Notes under the pieces: generated by a model
Database searches by the model: none
Seen by the model: the letters and a program-made list of their open reading frames with translations, nothing else
Told to the model about the DNA's origin: nothing
Shown: positions 58,501-64,000 of the stretch, piece by piece
How positions within the stretch are numbered: the first letter of the stretch is position 1
Layout: each line of letters starts with the position of its first letter
Source of the DNA: Macrostomum lignano
Lineage: Eukaryota
Assembly: GCA_002269645.1 (NCBI GenBank)
Contig: NIVC01002200.1
Coordinates: forward strand, 130,216-194,215
Direction: 5' to 3'
DNA length: 64,000 nt
Translations under genes and position numbers: made by a program

Positions 58501-61500
58501 TCTCAGCCTGTCTACTCTCCATCTCATCCCGTCTATTCCCCATCTCATCCCGTCTATTCCCCATCTCATCCCGTCTATTCCCCATCTCATCCCGTCTATT
58601 CCCCATCTCATCCCGTCTATTCCCCATCTCATCCCGTCTATTCCCCATCTCACCCTGTCTATTCCACATCTCACCCTGTCTATTCCACATCTCACCCTGT
58701 CTATTCCCCATCTCACCCTGTCTATTCCACATCTCACCCTGTCTATTCCACATCTCCTTCTGTCTATTCCCCATCTCCTCTGTCTCTCCCTTCTCCTTCT
58801 GTCTATTCCACATCTCACCCTGTCTATTCCACATCTCACCCTGTCTATTCCCAATCTCACCCTGTCTATTCCACATCTCACCCTGTCTATTCCACATCTC
58901 ACCCTGTCTATTCCACATCTCACCCTGTCTATTCCACATCTCACCCTGTCTACTCTCCATCTCATCCCGTCTATTCCCCATCTCATCCCGTCTATTCCCC
59001 ATCTCATCCCGTCTATTCCCCATCTCATCCCGTCTATTCCCCATCTCATCCCGTCTATTCCCCATCTCATCCCGTCTATTCCCCATCTCACCCTGTCTAT
59101 TCCACATCTCACCCTGTCTATTCCACATCTCACCCTGTCTATTCCCCATCTCATCCCGTCTGTTCCCCATCTCACCCTGTTTATTCCCCATCTCCCTCTT
59201 TCTCTCCCTTCTCCTTCTGTCTATTCCCCATCTCGCCCTGTCTATTCCACATCTCACCCTGTCTATTCCACATCTCACCCTGTCTATTCCCCATCTCCTT
59301 CTGTCTATTCCCCATCTCCCTCTGTCTCTCCCTTCTCCTTCTGTCTATTCCCCATCTCCCTCTGTCTCTCCCTTCTCCTTCTGTCTATTCCCCATCTCCT
59401 TCTGTCTATTCCCTATCTCCCTCTGTCTCTCCCTTCTCCTTCTGTCTATTCCCCATCTCACCCTATCTATTCCCCATCTCCTTCTGTCTATTCCCCATCT
59501 CACCCTGTCTATTCCACATCTCACCCTGTCTATTCCACATCTCACCCTGTCTATTCCACATCTCACCCTGTCTATTCCCCATCTCACCCTATCTATTCCC
59601 CATCTCCTTCTGTCTATTCCCCATCTCCCTCTGTCTCTCCCTTCTCCTTCTGTCTATTCCCCATCTCCTTCTGTCTATTCCCCATCTCCCTCTGTCTTTC
59701 CCTTCTCCTTCTTTATTCCTCATCTCACCCTGTCTATTCCCCATCTCACCCTATCTATTCCCCATCTCCTTCTGTCTATTCCCCATCTCACCCTATCTAT
59801 TCCTCATCTCACCCTGTCTATCCCCCATCTCGCCCTGTCTATTCCTCGTCTCCTTCTGTCTATTCCCCATCTCACCCTATCTATTCCCCATCTCCCTCTG
59901 TCTATTCCTCGTCTCCTTCTGTCTATTCCCCATCTCACCCTATCTATTCCCCATCTCCCTCTGTCTCTCTCATCTCCTTCTGTCTATTCCCCATCTCCCT
60001 CTGTCTCTCCCTTCCCCTGTCTATTCCCCATCTCACCCTATCTATTCCCCATCTCCTTCTGTCTATTCCCCATCTCACCCTATCTATTCCCCATCTCCTT
60101 CTGTCTATTCCCCATCTCACCCTATCTATTCCCCATCTCCTTCTGTCTATTCCCCATCTCACCCTATCTATTCCTCATCTCACCCTGTCTATCCCCATCT
60201 CGCCCTGTCTATTCCTCGTCTCCTTCTGTCTATTCCCCATCTCACCCTATCTATTCCCCATCTCCCTCTGTCTCTCCCATCTCCTTCTGTCTATTCCCCA
60301 TCTCCCTCTGTCTCTCCCTTCCCCTGTCTATTCCCCATCTCACCCTATCTATTCCCCATCTCCTTCCGTCTATTCCCCATCTCACTCTATCTATTCCCAT
60401 CTCCTTCCGTCTATTCCCCATCTCACTCTATCTATTCCTCATCTCACCCTGTCTATTCCCTTTCTCACCCTATCTATTCCTCATCTCACCCTGTCTATCC
60501 CCAATCTCGCCCTGACTATTCCCCATCTCACTATGTCTATCCGCTATCTCACCCAGTCTTTTCCCGTTCTTACCCTGTCTATTCCTCATCTCGCCCTGTC
60601 TAATCCCCATTTCCCCTGTCTATCCGCTATCTCACCCTGGCTAGACACCTCTAGATCGCCAAGCTTAACCTATCTATCCATAGACGTGCTGCAAACTGGA
60701 ACATATTAAAGCGATCAAGTACGTCTTGGTAACACGAATTTAAAGTTCCTTAAAAGTACACACTGACCCATAGCCGTCCCTGGGCTGTCCCAGCAGCTAA
60801 GGCAGGTTGAACAGCGAGTATCAAAACTAATAGGAAACCGGTCTCTTGGCGGACTTACTTCAAGCTGGGAAAGGAAGGAAGGAGAAGAGAGCGGAGTGGA
60901 CGGAAAGAGATTCTGCTCCACCTTGGCAGCGTCAGTCACAGCCTCGAGCATAATTTAAAACTGTTGTATGAAGAGAGCCGGAGCTAAAGAGTGGCCACTT
61001 CAATCGGCTTGGCTCAAGCTAAAATGCTTGGCTATATTTTTTCCTTGAGGTTTATCAATGAATCAAATTTATTTCAATCTAATTCTGAGAAGTTAGGCTT
61101 AAATTTACTAGATTTTAATGGATGAGAAAGAGGGAGGAGGGTGAGAAGGAGGAAGAGTCGGAGGGTGAGAATGAGGGAGAGTGGAAGGGTGAGAAGAAGG
61201 GAGAGTGGAAGGGTGAGAATGAGGGAGAGTGGAAGGGTGAGAAGGCGGGCCGCGGTGACCCTGGACACCGACTGATCCGGTAGGTTATTCGAACCGGTCG
61301 AATAGTTAATTGGGCGGTCAAAGGTAAAAATGAAATAAGTACTTTATAATTACTTTGCACAGTGAGGGCGTCTCCACACGGTCAGTGAAGCAATTATTTA
61401 ATGGGGTTATTTCGCTCAAGAACTCTAATTACTGTCTTCGTTTATTGAATTGAGTCTTCAGTCACACTTTCCGAAGTGATTATACCCCAAATCTGTGAGC

Positions 61501-61693
61501 AGGATTCAATCAATTTCGTATTGTATAACATCTAACCTGCCCTGTCTCAGCGACCTATTCTCCTCTCCTTTCTAACCCCCTCTCTTCTCCAGTTTTCCCT
61601 CTCTTTTCTGCCCTTTCTCCTAGTCTCCTTCCTCTATTCTCTCTCTCCTAGTCTCCTTCCCCTCTTCTCTCTCTCTCCTAATCTCCTTCCTCT

Positions 61694-61753
<60 letters not shown>

Positions 61754-62565
61754 TCTATTCTCCTTCCTCTCATCTCTCTCCTAGTCTCCTTCCTCTCTTC
61801 TCTCGCCTAGTCTCCTTCCTCTCTTCTCTCTCCTAGTCTCCTTCCTCCATTTTCTCTTTCCTCCCTCACATTTCCCTCTCCTCCCCTCTTTTCGGCCCTC
61901 TCAAGCAATTAACTTGTTCGCTGCTTCTCAAATTTTCAGCCAAGGTGCTGGACATTGGCATGGAAGTGGTCATAGCAAGTTTCGACAGCATATCGGAGGT
62001 TAACATGGTGAGAAAATGTTGCCGGAACTCTTCCGCCAAATCACATTCAGTCCCCGGCGTGCCTCTAGTCGATTTTCTATGGATTTTTTAGGAGAAAAAT
62101 AGCATTGCACAGATTTAGTCTTTTTCTCAAAGTCCGCACAAGCGCATGACCCCGTCTTCGCTTGAGGTCATGCCGACAATAAATTGGTGCATAAGAAACC
62201 TTCTCAAGGAAAATCGGTTATAAATAAAATGCAACAGAAAAGTTCAACTGGGTGTTACAGTCAGTTTCTAGCAGAAAAAGGCTGATTGGAATCAGTGCCG
62301 GATCTGTAAACTCTAGCAGATTTTTCTTCCTGCATCGGCACGAAATGTAAATAAGACTACAGGACCGCAATGCACTGCTGGTTAACTGGAAATTATATTG
62401 CATTCTGCATATTGTTTTCATTCAGCCCCTGTCTGTCTTACTGACTGACTTTCAGTCTAGCATTGTCTTCTATCTCCTCTCCTGATCTCCGCTCTTCGTC
62501 TTTTGTCTCCATCTGCTTACATTCTTCTTTCCCATGGTTTCATGTCTTTCTGTCCGGCAGTGTCA

Positions 62566-62627
<62 letters not shown>

Positions 62628-62664
62628 GTGTCTGTCTGTGTGTCTGTCTGTCTGTCTGTCTGTG

Positions 62665-62723
<59 letters not shown>

Positions 62724-62724
62724 G

Positions 62725-62771
<47 letters not shown>

Positions 62772-62772
62772 G

Positions 62773-62851
<79 letters not shown>

Positions 62852-64000
62852 GTGTCTGTCTGTGTGTCTGTCTGTCTGTCTGTCTGTGACTTTCTATCCC
62901 TCCAATGCCTGTCTGTCAGTGCCTGTCTTTACCACTGTCTCTCTCAGAGTCTGTCTGTCATGCGGTGCAGTTCGGTAGTCCGGAACCATTTTCCACACCT
63001 CATTGCACCGATGTCTCTGTCGGAGTCTGAGTAGGAATATCAGCCCTGGCCGGCGCTACATTGAGCTCAATTTCGAATCTAATGAGTCTCATCTGCGGCG
63101 CCGCTGCACTTAGCAATTCCGAACTCTGTCTAGAAAAGCTACAACTCTGTCTGCTGGGTATAGAGATATAGATGCATGTACTTTTTAACTGCTCGGATTT
63201 CTTCCAAGTGGAGAGAAAGGAAAGAAGATGCTCATAGCTAGGCACTGTAGTGCAGAATCCGTTGTTAAAGATGTGTATCGTAAATAATTTTCAAACAATT
63301 ATGGAACGTAATTATTGTAGAAAATGAATTTCTTATTTAATCTATACAATATGTTAGCTCCTAGCTTATCTGACTAAATTTTTTAATTTAGTACGTTGGT
63401 ACTAGTATTGTGAGCATACACAGAATTGAGCCTAGGACTCTTGGAACAAGAGTGCGATGTACTCAACCGCTCTGTGGCATCGAGACGGCGTGATGAAGCT
63501 GCACCGCTATCGCTAGTTATTTGATCGTCTATAGTCTAAGAGCTTAAGTGAAGGTCCGTCCAAGTCGAGAGACATCAAAGGAGCCGCAACCTTTCTCTCA
63601 TCTGAAAATTTGATTACATATAAGAGCCTGATTTTCTATTAAACCATCCTAACAGACATTGTGACTCACTGTGATTGACGGATTGCCAAAAGCTACCGGG
63701 GGGGGGATGTGTCAAAGCGCTCAATGAATGGGCTGCTTATGTACCTCTCAAATATTTTAAGCTTTAATAATAAAATCCTGTGATTAATGGTTTAGCGAGA
63801 ATAATGATTTATGAGTCTGAGTTATTAAGTTGATTGCCTTTTTTTCAATTTCTCAGGACTATACTATCACAATGTACTTGAACCAGTACTGGACAGACAA
63901 CAGGCTAGCAATTTGACATTCGTAATGCAAATAAATCAATGACTTTAACCGGAGAATTTGCCAGCAAGATCTGGGTGCCAGATACTTTCATTGCGAACGA
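55550..64000 (+). CDS. Lcch3: Cys-loop ligand-gated anion channel, GABA-A beta/LCCH3-like (5' part; apparent +1 frameshift at ~63910)
   Basis: Exon 55550-55730 (Leu-rich signal peptide, [12 protein letters not shown]|gtgaga), exon 61940-62007 ([23 protein letters not shown]|gtgag) and exon 63857 onward ([18 protein letters not shown], then after removing one nt [29 protein letters not shown]). Confidence 0.88.
55865..60620. repeat. 4.75-kb pyrimidine-rich 21-bp minisatellite (CTATTCCACATCTCACCCTGT)n with variant units
   Basis: Fills most of channel intron 1. Interspersed ctccctctgtctctcccttctccttctgt and catctcatcccgt variants. Confidence 0.97.
61550..61880. repeat. (CT)n microsatellite and CT-rich degenerate repeats
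   Basis: Direct reading; lies just upstream of the 61940 acceptor. Confidence 0.9.
62565..62890. repeat. (TCTG)n microsatellite
   Basis: About 80 tetranucleotide units in channel intron 2. Confidence 0.97.

Noticed and set aside
55845-60709. 1556-aa and 1620-aa ORFs, and other long ORFs over arrays (4201-5280, 7403-8818, 28853-30020, 48142-49094, 62463-63034)
   Set aside because: They are translations of tandem repeats lacking stop codons, open in several frames or strands, and lie in introns or intergenic DNA.

Overview
Eukaryotic (metazoan) genomic DNA with GT-AG introns, GC-rich exons and many long minisatellites. The style suggests a free-living flatworm such as Macrostomum, which is inference only. 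Genes read from the sequence: two tandem paralogs of an unnamed minus-strand gene with a possible death-domain + TIR-like architecture (2.7-6.0 kb and 9.8-12.2 kb); an MTMR9-like pseudophosphatase (+, 14530-26647); a Neurexin IV/CASPR-like gene (-, 41819-28650); Pur-alpha (+, 45469-51400); and the 5' part of an LCCH3/GABA-A beta-like Cys-loop channel (+, from 55550, with an apparent +1 frameshift near 63910). The 9.9-kb first intron of the MTMR9-like gene holds four truncated, antisense transposons: an RNase H LINE, an EnSpm/CACTA end with an intact CIDE-N-like accessory ORF, an RTE LINE and a degenerate P element. An apparently intact autonomous hAT transposon with a perfect 8-bp TSD sits in Neurexin IV intron 1. 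MITEs, tRNA-derived SINEs and a small nested ORF in a Pur-alpha intron are also present. All alignments and domain calls were made by eye, with no database search.
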